Assembly: GCA_040772685.1 (NCBI GenBank)
Contig: JAXGXQ010000001.1
Span: 321,930-385,929, forward strand
Direction: 5' to 3'
Length of the DNA stretch: 64,000 bases
Source of the DNA: Clostridia bacterium
Lineage (GTDB): Bacteria > Bacillota > Clostridia > Saccharofermentanales > UBA5734
This document shows, piece by piece, positions 18,032 through 27,725 of the stretch. How positions within the stretch are numbered: position 1 is the first letter of the stretch; every line of letters starts with the position of its first letter. The notes under the pieces were generated by a model that saw nothing but the letters and a program-made list of their open reading frames with translations, did no database searches and had not been told where the DNA came from. Position numbers and translations under genes: made by a program.

Positions 18032-20430
18032 AGCCGCGTCAGAACGACCTGCTGGTTAAGTTGCTATTGTTCGTCACCAGGTTTACCCTGGCACTTGGCT
18101 TGACACGTGTATTTCTAAATACAAATGGCCTGCGCACAGGTTTTTTTGAGCCGTTTTTCCCGATACTGCTGACGATGTTGGTATTGGCCTTGCTCTTTAC
18201 GCCGCCGCGCCGCGCTCTGATTACTATTTTAAGCTTGCTGCTGGTGGCTATTCTGGCTTTATTATTGACGCCGGAACTGGTAATGCCCATACGCGAATGG
18301 CTAATTGAATTTGGGTTCAAAATATTCGACGCTGTTATGTTTTTCAGCGGTCAAAGCGCGGTAACTGAATCATTAATTGCTTTTCTGATACCTCTCACAG
18401 CCGTAATCTTTACGATCATTGTTCATGCTTTTTCGGTCCTGATTTATGCTCCCTTGATTTCCGCAATTATCATGCTGGCGTTGATGACTATCACCGCATT
18501 TATGGGTATACGCCAGGACCTGTTGGGTGCCGGGCTGGCAAGCGCCGCAATTCTGGTGCTTTTAGTACGTCGGTTACCACAGCAGCCAACTCGTGTGTTT
18601 AACAAGCCGCACCCGCGTCATACTCTGGCAGCTTTGTTAGCTGCTATTCCGATTATTATTGCCTCTTTGGTAATTTCGCTGGTGGTGTCGCCGTTGCTTC
18701 CCAGCCGCTTTGGTCATCAACAACAGCTGATGGAAGGTATTATCGATGATCTGACCCAACTGGCCGGTTTACCTCCGGCTCAGGAACTGCAGCCTGATTT
18801 CACTCTGGCTTCAGCTGGTTATTACCCTTTAGAAACCCGCCTCGGCGGGCCTGTGACGCTTGGATCCGGCCCGGTGATGGAGGTCAGCGGTCATAACAGA
18901 ACCATGCTGCTGCGCGCGGGGATTTTCGAAAGCTATGATGGTTTTACCTGGCGCCGCGAACCGCGCGCTGAGACATTCCGTTTTGATAATGTCTTTCAAA
19001 ATGAGTTACGAGACAAAGTTTTTGATCTTGACCAGCCTGATCCGGAATTGGTCAGCAGCGGTGTAGTTAATAACATTCTGGAAGAAAACAGACTTGAAAT
19101 TAAGCCGCTGTCACCTGCTACCAGTATGATATTCACCCCGGGGCGCCCGCTTGAGATAAGCCCGCAGACTACCGACCGTTTTCAGGTTCATTTTGATGAT
19201 TACGGCATGCTCTACAGCAAATATCCTCTGAGTACGGCTAATCCTTATGTGATAATAAGCCGTGTACCGGTTACCGGCAGCGAGCTTTTCCAGACCAGTA
19301 TAGGGCTGGCGCTCGAGCTGGCTTCAACTGCAAATGAACCGCGCGAAACATTATTTCCCGCCAACTATATGGCAGTACCCGGGCTTGAAACTTACCAGGA
19401 TGGAGGAGATTTACGCCAGCTGGTGCAGAAGATCACTGCCGGTATCGAAAATCCTTATGAAAAAGCGCTGGCAATCAGATCCTACCTGATCGATAATGCG
19501 GCCTATAACCTGGATGTTCCGGTACCGCCGGCGGATGAAGAGTTTGTAACCTGGTTTCTCGAAACCGGCGAAGGCTATTGCGTTTACTTTGCTACAGCTC
19601 AGGTTATGCTTAGCCGCCTGGCTGGTCTTCCTGCCAGGTATGTCGAGGGCTTTATCCTTAATCAACCGGATACACCCAACGGCATGACAACTGTCACTTC
19701 GGATCTCGCCCATGCCTGGGCTGAAATTTACTTGCCATATATCGGCTGGGTACCTGTAGATGCCACTCCCGGCGGCACAATTCCGGACGAAACTGATCCG
19801 GGTGAGGACCCAACAGCTGAACCAACCCTGATACCGGGTGAAACAACCGCACCAACAGAAGCAGAGGCGACTCCAACACCAGTGCCGGAAGTTGATACTC
19901 CGGAAGCGGCGGTGGCCAGACGCTGGCGTGATTTTCTGTTTATTACACTGCCGCTGATCTTGGCTGGTATTCTGATTAGGCTTGAAGTCAGGCGCCGCTA
20001 CAAACTGCTGCGTTACCCAAAACTATTGCGGGCAGTGTTTCCAGACCCGCGTCTGCGGGCAGATATCTATTGGCAGGAATTGCAGTTGATATTGGCTGGC
20101 AGCAAGCTGCAGCTGGAAAATGGCGAGACACCCCTTACTTTCCTCGCACGTGCAGCCGCAGATTTTGACCAATCTGGCAAAGAGACAGAATCAGCGCCGC
20201 GCTTTGAGCAAATCGGCCGACTGATCGCCCGAATCCGCTACGACAAGTATGAACCGAATGAAAATGAATTGAAATTTCTGGCAACCCAGGTTATTTATCT
20301 GGACGACAAAGCCCGCGATAGTAACCCGGTGCGGCACTTCCTGCGTTATACGCTGTCGCCGCGTTTACATGCTGTTGACGGTAAACCGCGCTTGTTGCGA
20401 GGACACTTTCTCAAACCTATGTTAAAATAA
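18028..20430 (+). CDS. Transglutaminase-like polytopic membrane protein, TgpA/YebA-like
   Basis: An N-terminal multi-TM region and a transglutaminase core with the Cys-His-Asp triad context (GEGYCVYFA, HAWAEIY, VPVDATP). A Pro/Thr/Glu-rich linker is followed by a further TM segment. ATGA overlap with the DUF58 gene. Confidence 0.85.
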   Translation: MKPRQNDLLVKLLLFVTRFTLALGLTRVFLNTNGLRTGFFEPFFPILLTMLVLALLFTPPRRALITILSLLLVAILALLLTPELVMPIREWLIEFGFKIFDAVMFFSGQSAVTESLIAFLIPLTAVIFTIIVHAFSVLIYAPLISAIIMLALMTITAFMGIRQDLLGAGLASAAILVLLVRRLPQQPTRVFNKPHPRHTLAALLAAIPIIIASLVISLVVSPLLPSRFGHQQQLMEGIIDDLTQLAGLPPAQELQPDFTLASAGYYPLETRLGGPVTLGSGPVMEVSGHNRTMLLRAGIFESYDGFTWRREPRAETFRFDNVFQNELRDKVFDLDQPDPELVSSGVVNNILEENRLEIKPLSPATSMIFTPGRPLEISPQTTDRFQVHFDDYGMLYSKYPLSTANPYVIISRVPVTGSELFQTSIGLALELASTANEPRETLFPANYMAVPGLETYQDGGDLRQLVQKITAGIENPYEKALAIRSYLIDNAAYNLDVPVPPADEEFVTWFLETGEGYCVYFATAQVMLSRLAGLPARYVEGFILNQPDTPNGMTTVTSDLAHAWAEIYLPYIGWVPVDATPGGTIPDETDPGEDPTAEPTLIPGETTAPTEAEATPTPVPEVDTPEAAVARRWRDFLFITLPLILAGILIRLEVRRRYKLLRYPKLLRAVFPDPRLRADIYWQELQLILAGSKLQLENGETPLTFLARAAADFDQSGKETESAPRFEQIGRLIARIRYDKYEPNENELKFLATQVIYLDDKARDSNPVRHFLRYTLSPRLHAVDGKPRLLRGHFLKPMLK

Positions 20431-20471
20431 CCCTATCTCGCGCAGTTTATTGCGCTTTCAAGGAGCACCAT

Positions 20472-21953
20472 TTGACAAACAACCACGTAACCACCGAAGA
20501 AATGCTGGAGCAGCAATTCCAACTCCAGCGACTGCGGGCTGAAGGCTCGCTGAGACAGTACCATATTTCGACATTCGGCTGTCAGCAGAATGAAAACGAC
20601 AGCGAAAAGATTGCCGGTATCCTGCAACAGGCTGGCATGACGGAAGCAGCTGATTACCGTGACGCCGACCTGGTGATCATGAATACCTGCAGCGTGCGGG
20701 AAAACGCCGATGACCGTCTATTCGGGCATCTTGGCGTTATGAAAAACTTAAAACGCAAGCGGCCCGGGGTTCTTATCGGGCTTTGCGGCTGCATGATGAC
20801 CCAGGATATTCATACCAACAAAATCCGCAAGAGTTATCCTTTTGTCGATCTGCTTTTCGGACCTCAGGAAATTCACCTGTTACCAGGGCTGCTTTGTGAT
20901 CGTGTTTTCGAAGGTCAAAAAGCTTATGCCGGCAACGGAGCTGATCTGATTGCCGAGGACTTGCCTGTGGTCCGGGCCCGGAAATTCCGCGCCTTAGTTT
21001 CTATAATGTACGGCTGTAATAATTTTTGTTCTTATTGCATTGTCCCATACACTCGAGGGCGGGAACGCAGCCGTGAGCCGGAACGGATTCTGGCTGAAAT
21101 CCGCCAGCTGGCAGCGGCGGGCTACCGTGAGGTTCTGCTGCTGGGCCAAAATGTAAATTCATATGCAGGCATGGCGGCAGGGGAGACTGCTGCCTGGGAT
21201 TTTCCGCGCCTGCTTGAAGCTGTCGCTGCCATTCCCGGACTTTACCGGGTACGCTTCATGACTTCGCATCCCAAGGATCTCTCCGCAAGCCTGATCGATG
21301 TGATCGCTGCCAATCCCAATATTGAGCGGCATTTGCATTTGCCGCTGCAGAGCGGCAGCAGCCGTATCCTTAAGCAGATGAACCGTCACTATGACCGCGA
21401 ACAGTACCTGGCTATAGTAAAACTAGCCCGGGAACGGATACCGGATCTGGCCATTTCTACCGATATAATTGTTGGTTTCCCCGGTGAAACTGAGGAAGAT
21501 TTTGCTGAAACGCTTTCTTTAATGGCTGAAGTGAAGTTTGACAGCGCCTTCACCTTTCAATATTCAAAACGTCCGGGAACACCGGCCGCCAAGCGTCCGG
21601 ATCAAATCAGCGCTGAAGTTGTCAAGGAGCGCTTTGGCCGTCTGACTGAGCTGCAAAATGCCAACAGCCTGGCAGCAAATGAAGCACAGGTTGGAAAACT
21701 GGTCGAAGTGCTGATTGAAGGTCCAAGTCATACGGATTCAGCAATTTTAACAGGGCGCGGCAGTGATTTTCGCTTAATCAATTTCATGTTGAAACCGGAA
21801 GCTGTTGCACCTGAATCCCAAGCTCCATCTGATTCCGGCATTGCCGACCCGGCCGCAACCGCCGCTGCTCTGGAAGGGCGGCTGGCGCTGGTGCGGATCA
21901 CAAATGCCAAAACCTTTTCCCTGGAGGGAGAACTGGAGTGCCTGCTGGCATGA
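20472..21953 (+). CDS. miaB: tRNA-i6A37 methylthiotransferase
   Basis: N-terminal Cys cluster (TFGCQQN...NTCSVRE...GCM), radical-SAM motif CNNFCSYC, and a TRAM C-terminus. TTG start behind AAGGAG. Confidence 0.95.
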   Translation: MTNNHVTTEEMLEQQFQLQRLRAEGSLRQYHISTFGCQQNENDSEKIAGILQQAGMTEAADYRDADLVIMNTCSVRENADDRLFGHLGVMKNLKRKRPGVLIGLCGCMMTQDIHTNKIRKSYPFVDLLFGPQEIHLLPGLLCDRVFEGQKAYAGNGADLIAEDLPVVRARKFRALVSIMYGCNNFCSYCIVPYTRGRERSREPERILAEIRQLAAAGYREVLLLGQNVNSYAGMAAGETAAWDFPRLLEAVAAIPGLYRVRFMTSHPKDLSASLIDVIAANPNIERHLHLPLQSGSSRILKQMNRHYDREQYLAIVKLARERIPDLAISTDIIVGFPGETEEDFAETLSLMAEVKFDSAFTFQYSKRPGTPAAKRPDQISAEVVKERFGRLTELQNANSLAANEAQVGKLVEVLIEGPSHTDSAILTGRGSDFRLINFMLKPEAVAPESQAPSDSGIADPAATAAALEGRLALVRITNAKTFSLEGELECLLA

Positions 21954-24619
21954 ACTACCTGAATCTGGCAGAAATTGAGCGCGGCAAACTGACGCCGATG
22001 ATGCAGCAGTACCTGGAGCAAAAGGATCTGTGGCCCGATTGTCTGCTCTTTTTCCGGCTTGGCGATTTCTACGAGCTTTTTTTCGACGATGCCCTTACCG
22101 CTTCGCGTGAACTTGAGCTGGTTTTAACAGGCCGCGACTGTGGCTTTTCCGAGCGTGCACCGATGTGCGGGGTACCTTATCACGCTGCCGAGAGCTACAT
22201 AAACCGTCTGGTCGGACGTGGCTACAAAGTCGCGATCTGTGAACAAATGGAAGACCCGACCGTTGCTAAAGGCATTGTCCGGCGCGAGGTGATTCGGGTT
22301 TTGACCCCGGGCACACAAATCGATGGTGCCAGTTACGACGAAAAACGCAATCATTATATCGTTGCTGTTTATGCTGAAGGCGGCTATTATGGGCTGGCTG
22401 CGGCTGATTTGGCGACAGGTATTTTCGAAGCGACGGAGCTGATAGTAGGCCTGCCTCATCATCGCCTGGCTGATGAGATTGTCCGTTACAACCCGGCGGA
22501 AATTGTCTGTAATCCTGGGTTTATAACGGACAAAGCCTATGATTTGTTGATGGACCATCTAAATGTAACGCTTACTGAACTGCCGGCTGCTGAATTTACC
22601 GCTGCTGCAGCCCGCCGGAATCTGGCAATCGGCGCCGATTTTGAACATGATCTGAAATCACGAGCGGCCGGCGCTTTGATGGGCTACTTAATTGACACAC
22701 AAAAGACTGCGATTGCCCATATCGAGCCATTGCGATTCTATACGATTGAGACTGCGATGGGGATTGATGCCAATGCTCGTCGGCATTTGGAGCTGACTGA
22801 AACTTTTCGGGACCATACACGCAAAGGCAGTTTACTCTGGGCTGTAGACCGAACCCGCACTGCTCCCGGTGCACGGTTGTTGCGCCGCTGGCTCGAACAG
22901 CCATTAATCGACTTGCCTCAAATCCGTGAGCGTCAAACAGCAGTTACAGAGTTCAAGGAACGTTTTATTGTCCGGCAGGAATTGCGCGAAACCCTGCAAG
23001 GTTTGAATGACTTGGAACGCTTAGGCGGCAAAATTGCCCTTGGTTCGGTCAATGGGCGCGATCTATTGGCTCTGGGTGCTACTTTGGCGAAAATCCCGGC
23101 AATCCTACAGGTACTTAAACCTTTGGAATCAGAGTATGCCCGGACTTTGGCGGCTCAAATCAATCCGGAAATTGAATTGGCGGATTTACTGGAGCGGGCG
23201 ATCGATCCTGAAGCACCGCTGGCGATCAAAGAAGGTGGGTTGATCCGAGCGGGCTTCAACCCCGAAGTTGACCGTCTGCGTTCTGCTGCTGCTGATGGCA
23301 AGGACTGGATTGTGGCACTGGAAGCGCGAGAGCGCGAGCAATCCGGTATCCGTAATTTAAAAATTGGCTACAACCGGGTTTTCGGCTTTTACTTTGAAGT
23401 GACAAAATCGAATCTGGCACAGGTGCCGGAGCATTTTATCCGCAAGCAGACTTTGGCCAACAGCGAGCGTTATCTGACTGAAGAACTAAAGAACATGGAA
23501 GATACAATTCTGGGAGCAGAGCAAAAACTGCTGAACCTGGAGTATGAGATTTTTAACGAAATCCGTGAGCAGCTGCTGACGTATCTGCCATCGCTTCAGC
23601 AATCGGCCCGCGCCCTGGCCGCTCTTGATACACTCGCGGGGTTGGCCGAGCTGGCTGACCGGGAAAATTATTGTTGCCCGGAACTGGACTACACTGGCGA
23701 CCTGTCAATCGAGGCCGGGCGCCACCCTGTGTTGGAAAAATCGATGCCGGCCGGCAGCTTTGTGCCCAATGATATCGAGATGAATCTGGATGAAAGGCGC
23801 TTTATGATTCTGACTGGCCCTAATATGGCTGGTAAATCAACTTACATGCGCCAGGTCGCCTTAATTGTGATTTTGGCGCAAATCGGCAGTTATGTCCCGG
23901 CTAATGCTGCCCAAATTGGCATTGTTGATAAGGTATTTACCCGGATAGGCGCTTCTGATGACCTGACGTCAGGACAATCAACCTTCATGGTCGAAATGAA
24001 TGAAGTCGCTCAAATTCTACATGAGGCTACACCGCGCAGCCTGTTGATTCTGGATGAAATCGGCCGCGGCACAAGTACCTACGACGGTTTGTCGATTGCC
24101 TGGGCGGTAATCGAATATATCGCTGATCGTCGCTCTTTGGGGGCACGCTCGCTGTTTGCCACCCATTACCACGAATTGACAGATTTAGCGGCTATTATGC
24201 ATGGTGTTTTCAATAGTCATGTTGCAGTTGAAGAACGTGATAATGAAATTGTCTTCCTGCACCGAATTGAACCGGAAGGTACTGACGAAAGCTACGGGAT
24301 CGAGGTAGCTCGCCTGGCCGGGGTGCCGACGGGCATTATTACTCGCGCCCAAGAGCTGTTGGAACAATTGGAAAATGAACATGTGGGCCGTGAACGCCTT
24401 AAGATTCGCCGCAATGCCCGCCCGATGGACGGCCAGCTGGACCTGTTTTCGTCGGCGATGGCCAGCCAGGATCAGGAAAATTTAATTGCGCGCCTGGCAG
24501 CAACGGAAACAGCACGTTTGACCCCGTTGGATGCGTTGAATCTGTTGCACGAGCTGGCGCAGAAAGCCCGGCAACTTGACACTGCCAAAGGCGGAAGCGG
24601 GGAGGGGTATAACCAATGA
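21950..24619 (+). CDS. mutS: DNA mismatch repair protein MutS
   Basis: Motifs TPMMQQY, Walker A GPNMAGKST, STFMVEM and DEIGRGTSTYDG. The ATG at 21950 overlaps the miaB stop (ATGA). Confidence 0.97.
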   Translation: MNYLNLAEIERGKLTPMMQQYLEQKDLWPDCLLFFRLGDFYELFFDDALTASRELELVLTGRDCGFSERAPMCGVPYHAAESYINRLVGRGYKVAICEQMEDPTVAKGIVRREVIRVLTPGTQIDGASYDEKRNHYIVAVYAEGGYYGLAAADLATGIFEATELIVGLPHHRLADEIVRYNPAEIVCNPGFITDKAYDLLMDHLNVTLTELPAAEFTAAAARRNLAIGADFEHDLKSRAAGALMGYLIDTQKTAIAHIEPLRFYTIETAMGIDANARRHLELTETFRDHTRKGSLLWAVDRTRTAPGARLLRRWLEQPLIDLPQIRERQTAVTEFKERFIVRQELRETLQGLNDLERLGGKIALGSVNGRDLLALGATLAKIPAILQVLKPLESEYARTLAAQINPEIELADLLERAIDPEAPLAIKEGGLIRAGFNPEVDRLRSAAADGKDWIVALEAREREQSGIRNLKIGYNRVFGFYFEVTKSNLAQVPEHFIRKQTLANSERYLTEELKNMEDTILGAEQKLLNLEYEIFNEIREQLLTYLPSLQQSARALAALDTLAGLAELADRENYCCPELDYTGDLSIEAGRHPVLEKSMPAGSFVPNDIEMNLDERRFMILTGPNMAGKSTYMRQVALIVILAQIGSYVPANAAQIGIVDKVFTRIGASDDLTSGQSTFMVEMNEVAQILHEATPRSLLILDEIGRGTSTYDGLSIAWAVIEYIADRRSLGARSLFATHYHELTDLAAIMHGVFNSHVAVEERDNEIVFLHRIEPEGTDESYGIEVARLAGVPTGIITRAQELLEQLENEHVGRERLKIRRNARPMDGQLDLFSSAMASQDQENLIARLAATETARLTPLDALNLLHELAQKARQLDTAKGGSGEGYNQ

Positions 24620-26553
24620 GTCAGATTCACATTCTCGATCAGCAAACAGCTAACAGTATCGCTGCCGGCGAAGTTGTTGAGCGCCCTGCCTCCGTAGTTA
24701 AGGAACTGGTTGAGAACTCACTTGATGCCGGGGCTACAACCATAAGTGTGGAAATAACTGGCGGCGGAATCCTCAGCATGTCCGTTAACGACAATGGTGC
24801 AGGAATGGACGAAACTGACGCCAGAATCGCCTGTTCCCGTCATGCTACCAGCAAAATCAGAACAATTGGCGATCTTGACGCGATCGGAACTTTGGGGTTT
24901 CGAGGTGAAGCTCTGGCAAGCATCGCCGCAGTTTCCAAGTTAACCTTGCGCACCCGTCAGCCGGAATCGGCCATGGGCTTTGAACTTAGAATAGCCGGCG
25001 GTGAGATGATAGAATCTGGAAGCGTTGGCAGCCCGGTCGGTACTACAATTCTGGTCGAGCAGTTGTTCTACAACACTCCTGCCAGGTTCAAATTTCTCAA
25101 AAAAGACAGCAGCGAAGCTGCGGCTATTGCTGAAATTATGGAACGCTTTGTGCTGGCACGCCCTGATGTCTCGTTCCGCTTGCTGAACAATAAACAGGAA
25201 GTGCTGCATTCGCCGGGGAATAACGACTTGCTTTCAGCAATTTACGCTGTCTATGGGCGCCAACAGGCAGGCTATTGTGTGCCGGTATCCGGCAGCAACG
25301 GACCATTAACTGTAAGTGGTTACGCGGCCCGGCCGGAAGGAGCTCGCGGTAACAGAAGCGGTCAGACACTCCTGGTTAACAGCAGAATTATTCGAAGCAG
25401 CGCTGTTACCGCAGCAATTAACGAAGCTTACAAGACACGACTGATGAAAGGACGCTTCGCCTTTACCGTCTTGCGCCTTGACTTGCCGCCTGAACTGGTA
25501 GATGTCAACGTGCATCCACAAAAGCTGGAAGTCCGTTTCTGGAAAGATCAGGAAGTTTTCAGCGCGGTTTATCACGCTCTTGTCTCAGCCTTGAATGAAC
25601 ATGCCGGTGTGCCCGAATTCGCACCGGACGCTTCACCGGCACCGAAATCAGCAACAACGCCGGCACCTATACCGGCGCAGTCACCGGCGCAGGCACCAGC
25701 ACAGGCACCACCACAGGCACCGGCGCAGGTACCGGCACCGGCAGCGCAGACCAGGAAACCAGGTGAATCCGGCAACTACACGCTAAAAGACAGCACTGTA
25801 GCACCAGAGCCTGCGACAGGTTCAAGCATTTTCTCTGATCAGTGGCCTGTGACGTCCAAGCCTGTACCTATTGCCGCTACTGAAGAACCAGCAGCGAGCA
25901 AACCTGTAGCGGAACCCGTTACAGAAATCCAACATCAAAGCTTACTAAAGGCGGCAGATCTCTCTCAAGGCAGAATTATTGGCCAACTCTTTTCCACTTA
26001 TATTCTGGTTGAATGGCAGAATGAGCTGTTAATGATCGACCAGCATGCAGCGCATGAAAAAATTCTCTATGAAAAGCTGCGCGCTGCCTTGCAGGCCCGT
26101 AAAAAACCGGCGGTACAGTTGCTGCTTGTACCACAGACCATGACAATTACTCCAGCTGAAAAGATTATTTTCGAATCCGAAAAGGAGTTTTTCAGTGACC
26201 TGGGTTTTGAGCTTGAGCCTTTTGGCAGCAATAGTTTGCTGATCAGAAGTCTGCCGGAACTTGATTCCACAAAAATTAACGCAGAAGCGGCAGTCCGCAC
26301 AGCGTTGCAGAACCTGCAGAATGTTCGGCGCGCCGCTCCGGAAACCGTCGATAGTATAATCGACGAAACACTTTACCAGATGGCTTGTAAAGCCGCTGTT
26401 AAAGCTCACGACAAGCTGGCACCAGCTGAAATTGAACGTTTGTTGGCTGATTTAGCTCCGCTGGAGAACCCATATACCTGTCCACATGGTCGGCCTGTCA
26501 TTATCCGTATGCCGCGTTTGGAATTGGAAAAGAAATTTAAGCGGGTGCTCTAA
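24616..26553 (+). CDS. mutL: DNA mismatch repair protein MutL
   Basis: GHKL ATPase N-terminus IAAGEVVERPASVVKELVENSLDAG and a C-terminal dimerisation/endonuclease domain (DQHAAHEK, CPHGRP). Confidence 0.95.
   Translation: MSQIHILDQQTANSIAAGEVVERPASVVKELVENSLDAGATTISVEITGGGILSMSVNDNGAGMDETDARIACSRHATSKIRTIGDLDAIGTLGFRGEALASIAAVSKLTLRTRQPESAMGFELRIAGGEMIESGSVGSPVGTTILVEQLFYNTPARFKFLKKDSSEAAAIAEIMERFVLARPDVSFRLLNNKQEVLHSPGNNDLLSAIYAVYGRQQAGYCVPVSGSNGPLTVSGYAARPEGARGNRSGQTLLVNSRIIRSSAVTAAINEAYKTRLMKGRFAFTVLRLDLPPELVDVNVHPQKLEVRFWKDQEVFSAVYHALVSALNEHAGVPEFAPDASPAPKSATTPAPIPAQSPAQAPAQAPPQAPAQVPAPAAQTRKPGESGNYTLKDSTVAPEPATGSSIFSDQWPVTSKPVPIAATEEPAASKPVAEPVTEIQHQSLLKAADLSQGRIIGQLFSTYILVEWQNELLMIDQHAAHEKILYEKLRAALQARKKPAVQLLLVPQTMTITPAEKIIFESEKEFFSDLGFELEPFGSNSLLIRSLPELDSTKINAEAAVRTALQNLQNVRRAAPETVDSIIDETLYQMACKAAVKAHDKLAPAEIERLLADLAPLENPYTCPHGRPVIIRMPRLELEKKFKRVL
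25672..25749 (+). repeat. 12-nt (Pro-Ala-Gln-x) tandem repeat inside the mutL linker
   Basis: About six units of CCGGCGCAGNNN, encoding PAQSPAQAPAQAPPQAPAQVPAPAAQ. It is in frame and lies in the disordered linker. Confidence 0.8.
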
Positions 26554-27522
26554 GTGAACGCAGAAAAAGCAGTAAAAATTCAAAGCGATCCTGCTATTGT
26601 CAAGGAAAAGGTGCTTGTAATCGCAGGGCCGACAGCAAGCGGCAAGTCTGCCACGGCTCTTTTAGTGGCTGAAGCTGCAGGCGGCGAAATAATTTCTGCA
26701 GATTCAATGCAGCTGTACCGTGGCCTGAACATCGGAACCGCTAAGGTGAGTCCGGCAGAACAGGAGCGGGTCAGACACCATTTAGTAGATATTCTTGATC
26801 CCGTAGAACGTTTTAGTGTCGCAGCTTGGCAAGAAGCGGCTCTTGCCGCTATTGCCGATATTCTGGAACGCGGGAAACTGCCGATAGTCTGCGGCGGAAC
26901 CGGACAGTATATCAGTTCATTGCTGGAAGGCTTAAGCTTCACACCAATCGCAGTCGATCTGGATTTGCGGCAAAAACTAAATGAGCGTGCTGACAGGGAA
27001 GGTACAGGGGTATTGCTGGCTGAAGTTGCTGAATTCGACCCTGCAACAGCTGCACGGCTGCATCTTAAGGATCGCAAACGGATAATCCGTGCCCATGAAG
27101 TGTATCGATTAAGCGGCAAAAGCCCGAGTCAGCTGAATGCTGAGTCGCGCAGCCAACCTGTTCCATACAACTATCTGGCTTTTTGCCTTTGGCCTGAACG
27201 GGCTCTACTATATAAACGAATCGAACAGCGAGTCGATGCCATGCTGGCCCAGGGATTAATTATGGAAGTTGAAAGTCTGAATCTACAAAATCTGCCGGCA
27301 GACGCACCTTGTCGTCAAGCCATTGGTTATAAAGAAGTGTTTGCTTTTCTGGCAGGTGAAGCCTCGCTGTCTGAAACAACTGACCGAATTAAACAAGTTA
27401 CACGAAATTACGCCAAACGCCAGTTGACCTGGTTTCGGCGCCTTTCTGAGCTAGAGCGTATCGAAACGGCATCTCCTCAAGTTGCTGCACAACATATCCT
27501 CGAGAAAATCCGTCTTGCTTAA
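26554..27522 (+). CDS. miaA: tRNA dimethylallyltransferase
   Basis: P-loop GPTASGKS, SADSMQLYRGLNIGTAK, and a GTG start immediately after the mutL stop. Confidence 0.95.
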   Translation: MNAEKAVKIQSDPAIVKEKVLVIAGPTASGKSATALLVAEAAGGEIISADSMQLYRGLNIGTAKVSPAEQERVRHHLVDILDPVERFSVAAWQEAALAAIADILERGKLPIVCGGTGQYISSLLEGLSFTPIAVDLDLRQKLNERADREGTGVLLAEVAEFDPATAARLHLKDRKRIIRAHEVYRLSGKSPSQLNAESRSQPVPYNYLAFCLWPERALLYKRIEQRVDAMLAQGLIMEVESLNLQNLPADAPCRQAIGYKEVFAFLAGEASLSETTDRIKQVTRNYAKRQLTWFRRLSELERIETASPQVAAQHILEKIRLA

Positions 27523-27566
27523 TAACAACACTTTAAAATAAATCGTAATTTTGTTAAATTACAAAA

Positions 27567-27591
27567 TTCTCAACGAGAGAATCGTTGAGAA
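27567..27591. other. Perfect 10-bp-stem hairpin in the miaA-hfq spacer
   Basis: TTCTCAACGA-GAGAA-TCGTTGAGAA. It has no canonical U-tract on the + strand. On the - strand it is followed by TTTTGTAATTT. A third TTCTCAA copy lies at about 27621. Confidence 0.5.
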
Positions 27592-27725
27592 AATCACTCA
27601 TTACTTGTTTTCAACAGATAATTCTCAAATAATCTGATATTTTGTTCAAATATCGGATATATCTCATTGTCAAAGCTGGTCAAATTCCGCTAGAGTATAA
27701 GGAAATTCATCTCTGGAGGAAAGCA

